Assembly (NCBI GenBank): GCA_963693365.1
Contig: CAVNZM010000010.1
Location: 8,619,794 to 8,683,793 of the forward strand
Length of the DNA: 64,000 nucleotides
Source: Amoebidium appalachense
Lineage: Eukaryota; Protista; Ichthyosporea
Direction: 5' to 3'
How positions within the stretch are numbered: the first letter of the stretch is position 1; every line of letters starts with the position of its first letter. Shown piece by piece: positions 1 to 22,917 of the stretch. The position numbers and the translations under genes were made by a program. The notes beneath the pieces are model-generated. The model was not told the origin of the DNA. It worked only from the letters and a program-made list of their open reading frames with translations, and did not search any database.

Positions 1-750
1 AGCTATGGCACCCCCTGATACTGTTACTAAGGTCCTCAAATCAATAGATGATTTCCACTACACAACCAATGTACGTTTCTCACTGGTCTTTCCACACCTA
101 TCCCTAGACGCCTTTTTGATTCTCTCTACGCACTCACACCACCATCACAACGCGTACACGAATTAGCCCTTAAATTTCACGAGCACATCACCCGCCTGTC
201 CGCTTGCCGCCCCGGACCACCCGCTCTTCCGGCTACACGCATCCCCGCCGGACTCGCCCCTCTACCTCTTCCCTTCCCCATCGTCTCTCTGCCCATTGCC
301 GTGCGTTATGTGGAATGGCTGGCGACCCCACCGGAGGTACGGCTAGATCATAGTGTGAATATGAATAGTTTCAAGTCTATGGCTGATAGATATCTTTTTT
401 CTCTACGTGTTGAGTCCCTTCCGGTGTTAGGACCGCAAAAACACCAACTACTAGTAGCCTATATGGCGGATACGGTTAGAGAGTCTCGTTCATACATAGA
501 TACGTTTATTCGTAATGTGGTGTGGTGTAAAAACGCAAAGATGATTATGGCTTGGCAGTGTAATCGGTTTCTGGTGTCTCCTGCTCGTATGTGTAATATG
601 TGTGGGGGGCGGTTCCTCTCTTCCTCAATATATCCGTTTTAAGATGACTATCCTAGATCACCTTATTAATGCTGCACAGTATGATATTGTGATCCGGTGC
701 CTTAGCTTTCTTTCGGAGCTACCGATGCTAGCCTCTGCTTACCCATAATA
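1..750 (+). mobile_element. Decayed 3' end of a putative non-LTR retrotransposon ORF
   Basis: Repeat-free, intronless coding-like sequence across frameshifts: ...RVHELALKFHEHITRL...MIMAWQCNRFLVSPARMCNMCGGRF.. then another frame KMTILDHLINAAQYDIVIRCLSFL*. The W..N..CxxC...LDHL(L/I)N pattern resembles C-termini of LINE-like ORFs (recalled, not searched); no RT core in the window. Confidence 0.35.
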
Positions 751-1306
751 TGTAATAGGGGTGTCAGATACTACGATGGCGCTCATTGTTGCCTAGCTAC
801 CTGAGACTGGTTCTCTTTGCCTCGAGTAAACAGCGTAAACCATGTACATATGTCACTGGCTGCATTTGATTGGCTGTGCTGGAAAACGCAGTAGGCCGTC
901 GAATGTGGCTGGGCCTCTGGCAGTGTCCACGCAATAAAAAGTGTGTAAACCCCCTAATACTTTTGTCAGCAACATTCGATATTTTTGTGATATATCCCGA
1001 ACGATATTCAGGGCAAAAAACGGGATATTTTTGCAAGGGCCTAGCCGGGGGGCCACCCCAACCTCTGGATGGAAACTACGCACTGGCCTTTTTTTTTTTT
1101 TTTTTTTTTTTTTGTTGATGTCGCCTTCTCTGCCTTCTCTATGACCTGTGCAGCACTGTGACCATTGAAACTCGAATAGACAGCCCCAACTACAACTGAC
1201 CAGTGTCCTCGCCCAAGTGTGCACTCTCGCCCGCACCTCATCAACACAGCAGCAAGGAACCCATAGACCCACACACCACTAACCCTGCTACACTGTGCCA
1301 GCAAAC

Positions 1307-9751
<8,445 letters not shown>

Positions 9752-9832
9752 GCTTTTACACGAGTTGATGTGAAAGCAAGCGGATAGTTCACTAAGCTTT
9801 CCACATGTGTATGTGTGTCTTTTTTTTTTTTT

Positions 9833-9863
<31 letters not shown>

Positions 9864-10660
9864 GGTCCAACGTCCTAAAATATGCATTCGTCGTGTTTAC
9901 TCCCACCATTGTACCGAAATTTCAATCTCAGTTTCTGTATGGCTTTCCGCCTACCAGCTGCAAGGTTCAAACCGACCGAAAACTATTAGGAACTAGAACT
10001 CAAAAATTCACATTAAGGTCCCCCAAGACCCACCTGCAGTCTCCCTTCACCCCCCTTAAATTTCCTTCCTGCACCACCAACTACAACAACATATACCTTT
10101 TTGAAAAAAATTCGATCTGCAAGTGCTTGCCTTCTTAGGTACCGCCTGTATTTCCTCTTCCCTATTACCTCCCAGTGAGTTGGGCCATGAAACATGCAGC
10201 CATTCATACCTAAGTTATGTGATTTGGTTGCTGGAAGGGTGGGCAAGGCACCAGGTTCGAGAGTAAATGTTTGTGCAAACTAGTAGTGTTTGTGGCCACG
10301 GATAGAGTGCCCCATAAATGGAAGGTGGGGTATTTGGGGTGGGGGAGTGGGGAGGGCTTGCCGCGGGGGGGGGGGGGGGGGGGGGGGGGGGTAAGGCGGT
10401 AAGGCCATAAGTACACGGAGGGGGTTCAGTTGTGGGTGTTGGGTTTGCTAGAATCGTGTTGAAGGTTTAATTTGTGTCGGCAATTACATATTGGATCGGG
10501 GGATTTAGTTTTGGCAGTGTGATATTGGTAGTCAGTACACTGATAAGTCTTGTGGTACGAGGGACAAAATGGACGGTCGTGAGATATGCTTCAGGCGCTG
10601 TAGGGTGTGCATAGGTATGCAAGATGTACATGTACCAGCACGGCAATTCCTACGTGACAC

Positions 10661-10968
10661 ATGAACATGTAAGCATCTATGTGAGAAATGAATATGTAGA
10701 CATCTATGTGAGAAATGAATATGTAAGCATCTATGTGAGAAATGAATATGTAGACATCTATGAGAGAAATGAATATGTAGACATCTATGTGAGAAATGAA
10801 TATGTAAGCATCTATGTGAGAAATGAATATGTAGACATCTATGTGAGAAATGAATATGTAAGCATCTATGTGAGAAATGAATATGTAAGCATCTATGTGA
10901 GAAATGAATATGTAAGCATCTATGTGAGAAATGAATATGTAAGCATCTATGTGAGAAATGAATATGTG
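10661..10968. repeat. 27-bp minisatellite, about 11 copies
   Basis: Unit GAGAAATGAATATGTA(AG/GA)CATCTATGT repeated head-to-tail without spacers. Confidence 0.95.
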
Positions 10969-12027
10969 AGTGCCACACACATGTGAGTACTACCCATAGG
11001 CCCATGTGTAGGACTGGAGCACGGTGATCCGCCCTGATCATTGTGAGTACCAGCCACATCAGCAATACCCGTGATCTCCCCCCCCCCCCCCCCCCCTCCC
11101 CCCTCTCTCCCCCCTCTCCCCCTCCCCCTCCCCCCCCCCCCTCTCTCCCCCCTCCCCTCCCCCCCCCCCCCCCCCCCACCCACCCACCCACGCACGCACC
11201 CACCCACACACACAAACCCGGGGGGGGTTCGAGGTGTGGATACGGAGGTGCTCCGTAGCTACCTACCTCGATCCTTATACAGAGCATGTAAAAACAATGC
11301 TTGTGCAAATACTGGCATATGGTCATACTATGCACATAAACCCCTGTCCACACACACCGATATGGGCTCCCGGCGGGGGGGGGGGGGGGGGAGTATATTA
11401 TATAGGCTGTAAGGCAGTCATGGTCCGGGAAGAGACACTGCCATGAGCCCCCCCCCCTCCCCCCCATCCCCCTCCTCCTCCCACCCCCTCCTCCTCCTCC
11501 TCCTCCCCCGGCCCGAGTTGGCCCGCCCACCCGCCCGCCCTCCCCGGCTTCCCCCCGTTTCTCCCTGCCCTCTTCGTGCCAACAACAAGAAATGAAGTAC
11601 CACTGCTGCCAGCCCCATCCATACGCACCAAATTTAGGTGCTATAAATAGAGCCAGGGTGTGGAGAGCACTGGGTGGGGGAGAGAGGGGGGAGGGAGGGG
11701 GGGGGGGGGGGGGGGAGGGAGGGAGGATTCGTGGGTATGGAAGTGAACTGGGGTGAGGGAAGACAGGGGGATAGGACAAGGGGGATGGGAGCCGGGTTTT
11801 CAGAGAAACACAAAATGTGCGGCGGGACGAATGGAGAGAGGGAGGGGGGGGGGGGGTATCATATAAACCGTGCACTTTCCACTTTCGGAGAATATTAGAA
11901 AGTGGGGGGCAAGGGGGGTTGGGGGGGGGGGGGGGAAGGGGGGGGAGGGAGGGGGGGGGGAGAGAGAGAGGGGGGGGGGAAAGAGAGAGAGAGAGGGGGG
12001 GGGAGAGAGAGAGGGGGGGGGGGGGGG

Positions 12028-12087
<60 letters not shown>

Positions 12088-14143
12088 TAGGGATTACTCA
12101 GAAGGGGGGCATCGAGACTCAGTTGGCATGGCCCGAAATGAAGAAAGGGGATTTGTCCGGGGCCAAGCTGGGTAAAGACTTGGTTCTTAAGGCGGATGTT
12201 GAGGGGAGGAGAGAGGGATTGGGGAACATGTAACTGTGGGAGGGTGCAATGAAATCCAGGAAGAAGAGAGACGGGATTCCGGGGTCGAAGTGGGGATGCT
12301 GGGTTCAAAAAGTGGTGGGGAGGGGGGTAAAGGATGGGGGGAGGGGGGGGGGGGGGGGGGGGGATACTGCCCGGGGGGGGGGGGGGGGGGGAGGGAAGGG
12401 GGGAATAGCGAGCTCAAGTTCCTGCCACGGCAGGCGAGGGTGCAGGGAGTACAGCGGAAGGAAGGAACGAGGAAAGTCTTCAAGGTGTGCCTGCCTATCC
12501 AGTGTGCCCGGCATGCATATGTGCATAGATAGTGTGGTAATCAATCGGTTATAGCTTCTTCCCCTTCCTCCCCCCCCCCCCCACCCCCCACCCCCCTTAC
12601 CCCCCTCCCCCCTTCCCCTCTCATCTCCCGCCTCCCCCCCCCCCCCCCCCCCCTCCCCCCCCCCCCAAAAAAAAAGGAAGAAAAAAAACAAAACACAGAA
12701 GCTTACAGGGGGGGTTGTGTATCATGGCACGAAATTTCCAGATATGCAGCTGGTGGTGGCCAGCCTCCTCAAACGGGGTCATCGGCCTAGAAATTTTTTA
12801 GGAATTGCATGTGGCCATGAATTTCAACACAATTAGATAGTCTGTGGTCATGAAACACAGCAAAAAACATATCCAGGCCAAATTTCAAGACCGTCTCTGG
12901 ATGCACAAAGATTTCGATTGATGCCAACAAAAAGATCGGTTGCCTGAAACTTTTGGGGGGCAGGGCTTGAGATGAGCATATGCAGCTGAAACTTTCAGGG
13001 GGCAAAAGAATGAGGGGAGGGAGGGGGGGGGGGGGGGGGGGGGGGGGGAGGGGGGGGGGGGGGGGGGGAGGGATCAGAGTATCAAAGATAATGCATAGCT
13101 GTGGGGAAGAGGTGAAACCGTCCTGAAAAATGCCGTTTAGGTACGCAATTATCACGACGACAGAAATCCTTCTGGATCTTGCAACATTCAAATAGGGATA
13201 TACTCCTAATATACCCCCTATATGTGGCAGTGGGCAAGGAACTTTTTTTGATTTTTGCGATATACAATTTAAATTTTAAGGTGTGCAAGAAATGGCGACA
13301 TATATGGGAACATTTCTCAAGACCCAACAGGGGTTATAATCTCCGACCAATCAACATCGTCTCTGTGCCTCGAGTAAACAGCGTAAACCCTCGAGATATT
13401 TAACATGCTTTATATCCTATAAAGGTTATACGCTTATTATAATTATCACATAGTATTTGAGTGTGTGTGTGCCTGTGTGTGTGTGTGTGTGTGTGTGTGG
13501 GAGGCGGGGGGGAGGGGGGGGGGGGGTAGGGAGCGGGGAGAGGGAAGGGGGGATGGCCACAGGTGCATATGCATTGGTTCGTTCTTCCCCCCGTGTTTTG
13601 GCCCTGTCGAGGCTTGAAATTTCCGCCTATACAGTATATAGCTTCGATAACTACACGTCAACATTGCAGGTCTTGTGCGTAGGGCCCCGGGGGCGGGTGG
13701 GATATGCGATGGGAAGGGTGGGGATTTTTTTTTTTTTTTTTGGTATCGGAGGGTTGGGATTTTTTTTTTCTTTTTTATCATATCGTTTTTTTTTTTTTTT
13801 TTGTTTTTTTTTGGTTGGGGTGGGGGGGGGTGGGGAGTGGGGAGGGGAGAGGGGGAGGGGGGAGGGGGGATGGCAGTATTGTGATCGCCGTGCGTGAGGG
13901 TTGCTGACAGGTCAACGTGGGAGGAAGGGGTCTCTCAGAATTCACACCATTTGCGGATCTGAGCTCTTCCGAATGCGATGTAACAGGACGAGTGGGTCAA
14001 CCAAATCCTGGGCGGCCAGATGCCCGCGAGAGGGGGGGGGGGGGGGGGGGGGGGGGGGGAAGGGGGTGGGGGGGAGGGGAGGGGGGGGGGGCGGAGGAGG
14101 GGGAGCTGCTGGCTGCTTGGGAGTTAATGGTGCAAAATGGTGG

Positions 14144-14183
<40 letters not shown>

Positions 14184-14523
14184 GAGGGGGGGGGGGGGCG
14201 AGTTGGTGGCTACTTCAGAAGCCGGTGGTTTGTTTAACGGTGTCCGGGGTGGCCAGATGCACAGCACTTACACTCTGCCTGGCATTGCTCTCCTTGTCGT
14301 GCTGACAGGTGTGGAGGCCCTGTGACAGTCGTGTTTTGCTGCGCCCAAGGCCTTTCCTTAACACAGTTGGCCGCTATGAGAGCCATAGCAAGCTCATATC
14401 GCCGGTGTTATAGATCTAGATGCTATCATCCCCCCCCCCCCCCCCCCCCCCCCCCCCGAACACAAAACACACGTACTATCACAGGCACACGTACAGACAT
14501 ACACGCGCACGCACACGTACGCG

Positions 14524-14589
<66 letters not shown>

Positions 14590-15691
14590 CGTGGCATACA
14601 CACACACACACACACACAACGCACCGCCTGCACCGTCTACACATTGCTCCTGTAAAATCTCTGAACATGTGCTGTTGTTTACCAATCAGCCACGGGGGTC
14701 TTTTGTTTCACCTCCTTAGTTTTCCTGTCGGTGTCCTTATTACCATACCTGTATATTCTCAATCTAGCTAACACCACCATCTGGGCATAAACTAAATGAA
14801 GTTGGCAAGCGCCATGGGCTGCACTAATATTAGTGCCCGCATGTAAGCCCATACATTATGGTCATGCGATGGTGTGTGCGGGGTTCCAGTGTCTGGCTTT
14901 ATAGTTCCATGGGTTACACAAATGATACCACTGCAAGTAGAAAGTGCTTTGGGCGGCACAGGGGCGAAGGGGGGGGGAAGGAGGGGGGGGGGGGGGGGTG
15001 GGAGGGGGGGAGAGAGGGAGGGAAGGTGATCTGGGTTGCGGTTTAGGCCTCAGGCCAACCGTACTACGGATTCCATTCAATCAAGGTCATCCATGCCGTA
15101 GAACATTGTTTTACATATGCTGGGTCTTTTCAAGCCTTTCGTTCCTGCTATAAATGCACATAGCCAACTTACAGTCTGCAGCGTAGAACAACTTGAGAGG
15201 GCCACTATCTATTCGTTCAAGCACCAGTGAACCTTACGGCACAGAATTCAATCTCAAACTCTGCCGGCGCGCGCGGCGGTTGACCGTCTGGTCTGAGTGA
15301 AACTTCGAAGTCACGAATTCCCGCCCGGCCGTGCGACAAAGAAATTTGGTTGGAGAGCAAGTTTGCACTATTTATGGTAACTTTTATCCCCACATCTAGA
15401 GCACTGGCTACATTCAATCAATCACGTGTGATCAGGTGGGAATGTTAGTATTGGCGCAGCCTGCTTGAGTAGCTTCTGCTCATCAATGCGAAGAAACTTA
15501 TATATCTTACTAATGCAAGAATTTTTTTTGCATGTATTTGTTATTTCAGCAAGAATCAAAGGTAACTGCATCATTCCAGGCTTGAAATGGTTATAAATAG
15601 CACTCTAAATGATCAAACTCTGAAAGATCGCTCAAGTGGATTTCGATTCGATTCGATTCGGGCTAAACTGAGCAGCCCGGACGGCGCCTTG

Positions 15692-15738
<47 letters not shown>

Positions 15739-16649
15739 AAATGGTCAAACTGTGTCCACAATATTTCTTTTGAAAAAAAAATTAACCGATGAAGTTAACA
15801 TAAGATAAGCTCTTGAATATCAGCTTTAGTTTGCGTCTATCATCGGCAACTCGAGATTTAAAATAAATTTATCTGGCAAAACCCGACCTTGTGAGTGATT
15901 CGAACCGCAGGGCAGAATCTTCAAGGCCGGGCCTAAAGTGGGAAGAAGAGGAGTGCAAAACACAGTGTGACAGGTGACAGGTCTCAGAATCACCGTACCA
16001 CATGCTTACTACATGACCTGTTTTTCCAGGCTTTTGCTGAAGCTAACGACTTAAAACATTTCATAACCTTTTCATTTTTAATTATCGCATTTTTCGGCAT
16101 AATTAAGGCCTTGATTCATCAAGAAGGGGTGCATTATATTAGAAGGGTCGAATAACCATCATAAACCATGGCCAAAGTCTTTTGCCTCTGCTCAATCCTG
16201 AGTCACTTACCACCCAAAACATCAGGATAAGCTTACTGTGATTATCTTTAATGATCTAAACCAGGTAAACCAACTATAATACATGCTTATGAATCAATAA
16301 ATTGATGTTTTTTTGGTACGTTATAGTCTGTGGCAAAAAACAATATTGTCCCTTCGAAGTTTGAACTCAAGCTCGAAGTTCCGAACTGTCATATCGGGGC
16401 TCCAGAAATTCAACACGAATGATAAACAACCAGTGATCGTCTGTCACGGCTCAGTAATTTTCGAAAGTGATTGGGGCACAGACAGTAGTTGGCTTTCAAC
16501 CCACTAGCTATAAAACCAGCGTTGGCGTCATTTTGCCCTTCATCTCCCAGCGAAAATACCTATACGTGTGAAGTCTTAGGAGCAGTTTCTTGCGAACTTT
16601 AGACACAATCCGCAACATCGCCATAGCAGGGGCATAGGCAATCCCCTTT

Positions 16650-18222
16650 TTTCACACGCAATAAAGAGCGTTTGCTGGTGAACTTTTCGGTTCGGTTGTC
16701 CTTGGTCCCCCGTCTGAGCCTGTCACCGCGCTGATTCTGCATCTGCACCCACTATCAGTGCCAGCACCCCTGGGGCCGTTGTAGTGTAGGCTGACAAGTG
16801 CCGTGTGCGGCTGGGTGGTGACCATGACGTTCTCGTGGCTGACTGTGGCCTGCAACACCGCCCAGGGGGTTATGCAACGCCCCCCCGCCAACGACAAGCT
16901 GCCACGGCCCAGCGTGCCTGCCCTCAAGACCAACCCCTACGAGCTGCCAAAGGCCACGGCAAGGAAGTCTCTGGACCTGGGAACAAACAAGCCCGGCGCC
17001 CCTGCTGCAGAGTTTGTCACACGTGAGGTTGGCAGCATGGGAATGGGATTTTAGAACTGCTGTCCAGCTGGTTTCTGTACATTTATGGTGCCTTTTAGCC
17101 TGTCTTATGAATGCTTCAGGCTCTCTTTTTAAGATGTTGGATATAACAGTATCTAGTGTTAGTAGTATGCAGACGTTACATGACAGGTAAATGACGCGCG
17201 TGCAAGAAGCTCCCACAAGCTGTTCTATGCTTTTAGATGATTTACACGTTTTCCTGTTTCTGGGGCTCCATGGCACAGTGCTGGGGAACCAGCTGGGTTA
17301 ACGCTGTTTTTATAGAGTTTAGTTTTGGCCCACCACACGGACAGCCGCACGTGGTGGGCCACCGTGTGGTGGGCCACAGGCAAGCAGATGTATGAACGAA
17401 GAGCACTGTGAATAGCTCAAGGTTCATAGTAAACGGTGGGCTCGTAGCCCCCGGTGAATATACAGAAAATTTAGGCACGTCCTGCCTGTCCCATGTACTC
17501 TACTCCAACTCCCAAGGGCTGGAGATTTTTAATCAGTTGCTGCTGTCGACCCCTTGCAACAGCATAACTATATAGGTCTCTAAATTTCGCACCCGTGCAC
17601 AAAGGGCCAGGTCACGTAGTATGGGCAACCCCTGTTGGGCCAACTAAACCGGTCACCTTCGTATAATAATTGATTTTCTAACCAGAGCTGAGGCGCACTC
17701 GAGTATCGAGTCAGCAAGCTTGCAAGCATGCAATCTCTGACGTCACTGCCATAGACAGACGGATTCAAGACCTCCGAATCTTAGCCTTCGGCCTCGCTTG
17801 GGTGATCATCCAAGCAAAAGCATTTGCACGACAGAGCAAATATTGCAAAATGCCCATCTGTCAGCTACGATCATGTCATCCAGTCGGCCCCATCGATCTC
17901 CACTTATCCACACCCTGCTTACACTATACTCGTTTCTTTGTCCAGGACGGCGTTACCAGTACCCTTTTCCCGCCAGTAGCGCCGCAAGACGTATTTATTG
18001 GTGCCACTTGTCAGAATATGCAATCGCATATGTCTGCCGGAGGCAAGACCATTTCTCGCTACCATCGTGGCTCCCCGAGACTCATGGACATGAAATCAGA
18101 TGCAAGTACGGGAGTTTATTATCAAATAAATACTCTAAAAGAATATGTATGAATAACTGTTAAATGACATCTAACGAACCATGAAAACTATGGTGTGTGT
18201 GCGTGAATGTAAGTGCACGTAC

Positions 18223-18304
<82 letters not shown>

Positions 18305-19462
18305 CTACCCTAAAGGAAGCAGTGTCCCTAACGCGCAATGGCCAAGGACACCCCTTCATCTATCCCCACAGGGCTGGGAGGGCGGGGAAATCAACAGGAA
18401 AAAGGACAGCTAGCTAAGGCAAATAGTTTGTGCGCTTTTACACTAGCACCACCAAACTTAGTTCAACCAACTAACTCTACAAATCCCTTTTACCTCTGAT
18501 GCCAGACACTCACACAAACGCTAAAACGACAACCAAAGACTGAAATCCAAACGACATGTACTCCCGTTCCCACGATGCATTTGGAAGCCGGACTGAAGAA
18601 ACCAATCAAATGCTTTAAAATCTGACCAAATCAGAACATGCAATCAAAACCAAACCACACTAACTAAATATGGAAACCAGCAATCCAATGAACACAACCA
18701 ATGCATTACAAATAACCAATCACCTCACCGCAATGCCACTCGATGGATCTTCGTCTCTCACCGCTGCCTCCAGGATCCTCCCGCTTGAAAACCACAACTC
18801 GTGATGACGATGGGATGATGGTAGCTTATAAGGCGATATGATTAGTTCTAAGTCATATAGGGATCTCGGCTGGTATGTGATTGGATCTCTGATGGGATGA
18901 CTGTGCATTCCAATCGTAGTACATAATATCTGGACTGTGTCTGTCCACAGATTGTCGTTGTCGCCGCCACCCGCTTCGCTGCAAGTAAAGACCATCGCTA
19001 TGACCAAGATTACTGCGTGAAGACCAAACGTTCTAGCTGCCAACACTATGGCGATATGTCTGGCAGGCTAGTCACACCACTTCCACACACAAAAGAGGAC
19101 AGGATCGGAACGGCTGTCTCTGCCCCACTGAAATATTCCAACACCACTGAAAGCACGTGTCCAGCACCCTTGATCACAGTGCAAGGGAACGGTGGCGCCG
19201 GGAATGACTCGAAGCTGTTTCTGAACAAGCCCAAGCATACAACATGACGTTGACCAGCTGGAAAAGTCTGGTGTTGACTGATGCTAGCGCTAAGCCTTGC
19301 CGTATTTTAGAATAAAGGTGTTTGCAAGAACAGTGACAGAGGCTCGACGAGTGCAGCCGCCCAATCGATGTGCATGGTGGTGGAGTTCAATAGTAAGGGC
19401 TCAATTGTTAGTGGTGTGTTGGTGATAGTGATGGTGATGGTGGTGGTGGTGGTCACGGTGTT

Positions 19463-19498
<36 letters not shown>

Positions 19499-20700
19499 TA
19501 GTGTGCCAGTGTGCGTGCGCGCGCGCGCGCGCTCGTGTGTGTGTGTGTGTTTACTGTGTCTGCGTGTGTGCGTGTGCGTGTGTGCATGCGCGCGCGCGCG
19601 CGCGCGCGCGTGTGTGTGTGTTGGGATGCGGACGGGGCCAAGGGGGGGAGGGGAGGGTGGGGGATGGAAGGGCAGACGGAAGGAAGCATGTGACACCTGT
19701 AAAGCAGCCTTTACGGGGGTTTTTTCGTTAGGAAGAGCCGGAGGGCCTGTCTGGATTTGGCACAGAGTCAGGTTAAATGCTAGGGGATGGGCACAGAAGC
19801 GGGAAGAAGGGGCTCCCGGGCTCACTGAGCTGGTGGACTGTATATATGTGCCTTTTGATAAGGCTAACATGGTGTGAAAAAAGATCTGTCGTGTTGTACG
19901 TATACAGCATATGGCGGGCAGCCTCTTTGCTGCAAGATCGCACCACTGCGTCAATAAAGCTTGGCCATGGCCGCTGAGGGCTGTACCACTTGCATACAAG
20001 CAACCTACGTCCCCGCATAAAGTTCCTGTGACCACCTCTGCGTGCCGTCGGGGGTGTACAGTGAGTGTTCGAACCAACGTCCTTCGGTCTCTGGTAAAAC
20101 CCTGCACTAGTACCCATGCCATGTAGAGGCAGGTTGAATTTACACACCAGCGCACACATGTAATATATCATGAAGTGGCTGGAACACGGGTGGTCGTTCC
20201 ACGGTCGTCACGCTGCACGATCAGGTTGAAAACATCTAACAGTGCACGGTCGCAACCTCAACGGTGACAAATGCCACGGATTTCAGGACACAGTTTAGCT
20301 TTCGTAAGCATGCTATCCATGATAATGACAGGAGTTCCGAAGCAGCTGTGCCCCACACAGGTAACAAGGCAACGCCAGGCAGGAAATCTCAGGAATCATG
20401 CTGCCGGAATCATGCTGCCATGACCATCCCTTGGTGTTTCCAGGCAGATCCAACCTTCAGCCCAGTTGCATTGAGCCTCGTCATCCACAACTTATGACAT
20501 AGCGATCATGTTGCAAGGGATCTCTAACATTAGACTGCCAACAATACTGGTGCCTCTGATTCTGGCTGCCATATGCATGTGCACTGCCATGTGCATGCCA
20601 TGGGCTGTTTACTCTCTTTTCAGCCACCTTGTCTTGTAGTGCTGCCTACTTTCATACCACTTCAATAGGGCGGACGTTGTCAAGGGTTCATTCTTGAACC
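16650..20700 (-). pseudogene. Decayed coding-like sequence, possibly LRR-containing
   Basis: Repeat-poor blocks with stop- and frameshift-broken frames on the minus strand containing LRR-like snippets (LGLFRNSFESFP, VTSLPDISP*CWQLERLVF, LNLTLCQIQ-like). No intact ORF or exon chain found; boundaries approximate. Confidence 0.22.
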
Positions 20701-21986
20701 TTCAAACTTGCACCAAAACAAGGCCATTCTCTTACCAAACAAATACCCAGTCTTTGTCTATACGCTACACTCAACTCGGTCGCCGGTTCCCCGAACAGCC
20801 GGAAGTGTCGACACGGTGCGAGTGACGATTTTGTCTAAATGCAGGAACGCAGAAATTATTCGGTAAAAACCTAAACGGTCTATTTTATTGGAAGCAACTT
20901 TGGGCTCATTAGCAACGGCCATTACGATTGGTTCCTTTCTACTCAGGTATGTGCGTGTACACGGGACCGCATTCCGTGTTGTCGTTTTTTCAAACAAGCG
21001 TCGTGTTTGCTTTAAACACTCCCCATGCGCACCTTACTGGGAGGGATAGAGAGAACTTTTTGCACACTTTCTTGGCAGGGTCGGTGTAGCTAAAACTGGG
21101 TTACCTCTTTCGAGCTATGGTGGTCAAACGGACGAAATACTAATTTTTTTGCATCTGAGTTTCGTGGTGGTGTGGTAGTCGGTCGTTGTTAGCTGAACGT
21201 GCAAGAGGTGACGGCGTGATCACGTAACGACCAAGGTGGTAAGTAAAAGGGTCAAACATGCTGTGTTTGTTGGATACTATGACATCGGCTCGCTGATGTT
21301 CCTTCTGATTCATGCGTGTTAGGGCCGTGGGCTTTTTTTCCATACATGAGACAAGACGGGGGAGAGTTATTGAAGTGGGAAGAATAGGAATTGGAAGGCA
21401 TGCTAAGCTCCAAGTGCCCGTGGGATTTCCTCTCCTTGGAATATAGCCAGACTCTTTCGTAGCCTGCAACACACGTCACCAGCCCGTTTCTCAATATAAC
21501 TAAACTCCCGTTGCCGTGCATCCTTGTGCCTTAAGCCAGTCTTACTGCATCACCTTCTCGATCTCAGATGACGTTCACGATCGTAGCTTCTTTCTGTCCT
21601 TTTGCTTTGAACTCTATTGCCGACATTTATTCTTCCTTGCGTGCCTTCCATCACAATGGCACATCCTAGCAGGCACTAGCACGTAGCACTTCCTTCTCTC
21701 CCACTTAGCCAGCTTTTTCTTCTGCTCGTGTTTCTCGTTCGATGTGCACTGTTTATTGCCTTCGCCCAAAAACCTGGCTGCGGTCCCTGCTTGTTTTGGT
21801 TGGCACTTCCCCTCGTAAATAGTGTTAGAACGTTGTGGTTCTTAGCCCTGCTGGTGAAGGATTTAATGTGTATATCATGTTTGCTTGACATTGGTTGGAT
21901 TGTTTACAGCGAAACGTAGAGGGAAGAGGACGGAATTTTTTGTCTGTCTGTGTGTGTGTGTGTGTTGTGTGTGCGTGTGAGTGTGA

Positions 21987-22018
<32 letters not shown>

Positions 22019-22349
22019 GCTTGTGCATGTGATGGGAGTGATGTTGGTGTTATTTATTTATTTTTTTTTTTTTTTTAGAGGCGGGAAGGGGGGGGGGGGG
22101 GGGGGGGAGGGGGAGGGGGAGAAGTAGCGCCCTGCCTTTGGATACCTTAGGGCTTGATGTTGTGTTGCACATGCCGGCTGGCTTATGCACTTGTGTGTTT
22201 TGCACCCAGCTGCCTATCTATATTACCTTGCACGGGCCAGGCCAAGGCCTTGATCTTCTGGGAGCTCATGTTGTCTTTCCCCGCCAGCAGCGCCGAGAGA
22301 CAACAAAATACAAGTCTGAACACATACTTGGACTCGACAACAAAACAAA

Positions 22350-22870
22350 AGTAAGAGCACCTCTGCTTGCTTGCTCTCTAAGTTCCCTTGACTGTTCCTT
22401 ACACCCGCTGCTTGGCTAACCGCACACTGCCGTTCAGCCTCCCTTCCCCCCCTCCCCCCTCCCCTTCTCTCTCTCTCTCTTTCTCCCCCCCCCCCCCCCC
22501 CCCCCCCCCCCCCGCCCCCCTTTCTCCTCCTCCCTCCCGACTTCTCTTCTTAATGTTTAGGCTCGGCTGTTTTTACCCCAGGAAACACTACAACCAACCT
22601 ACCCCCCCACCCCCTACGGGCTCTCCAAACCATTCACCCGTGGGAAAATAGGCACAGGCACTTGCCAAACACCATATCCCAAACACCCCTGACACCCTAC
22701 ATGCACACAAATACTTGATATAGCCGGGACCATACCCTTAGTCAACCAACACACTTGGGCAAACCTTCCTCCTCCTCCTCCCCCTCTCCCCCCCCCCCCC
22801 CCTCTCGGCGTGTGCAAATTATAGATACATGAATGAATAAAAGTCATGGTACTGTGCACTGCTTTCAATA

Positions 22871-22917
<47 letters not shown>

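Noticed and set aside
10661-10968. CRISPR-like appearance of the 27-bp array (also the 28-bp and 38-bp arrays)
   Set aside because: Units are head-to-tail with no unique spacers, no cas genes, eukaryotic context.
15880-15915. Minus-strand GGTTCGAATC resembling a tRNA T-loop/B-box
   Set aside because: No T-stem pairing, D-arm or acceptor stem around it.
21230-21320. VKHAVFVGYY resembling the Copia integrase-downstream motif
   Set aside because: Too short; no integrase, RT or LTR features nearby.
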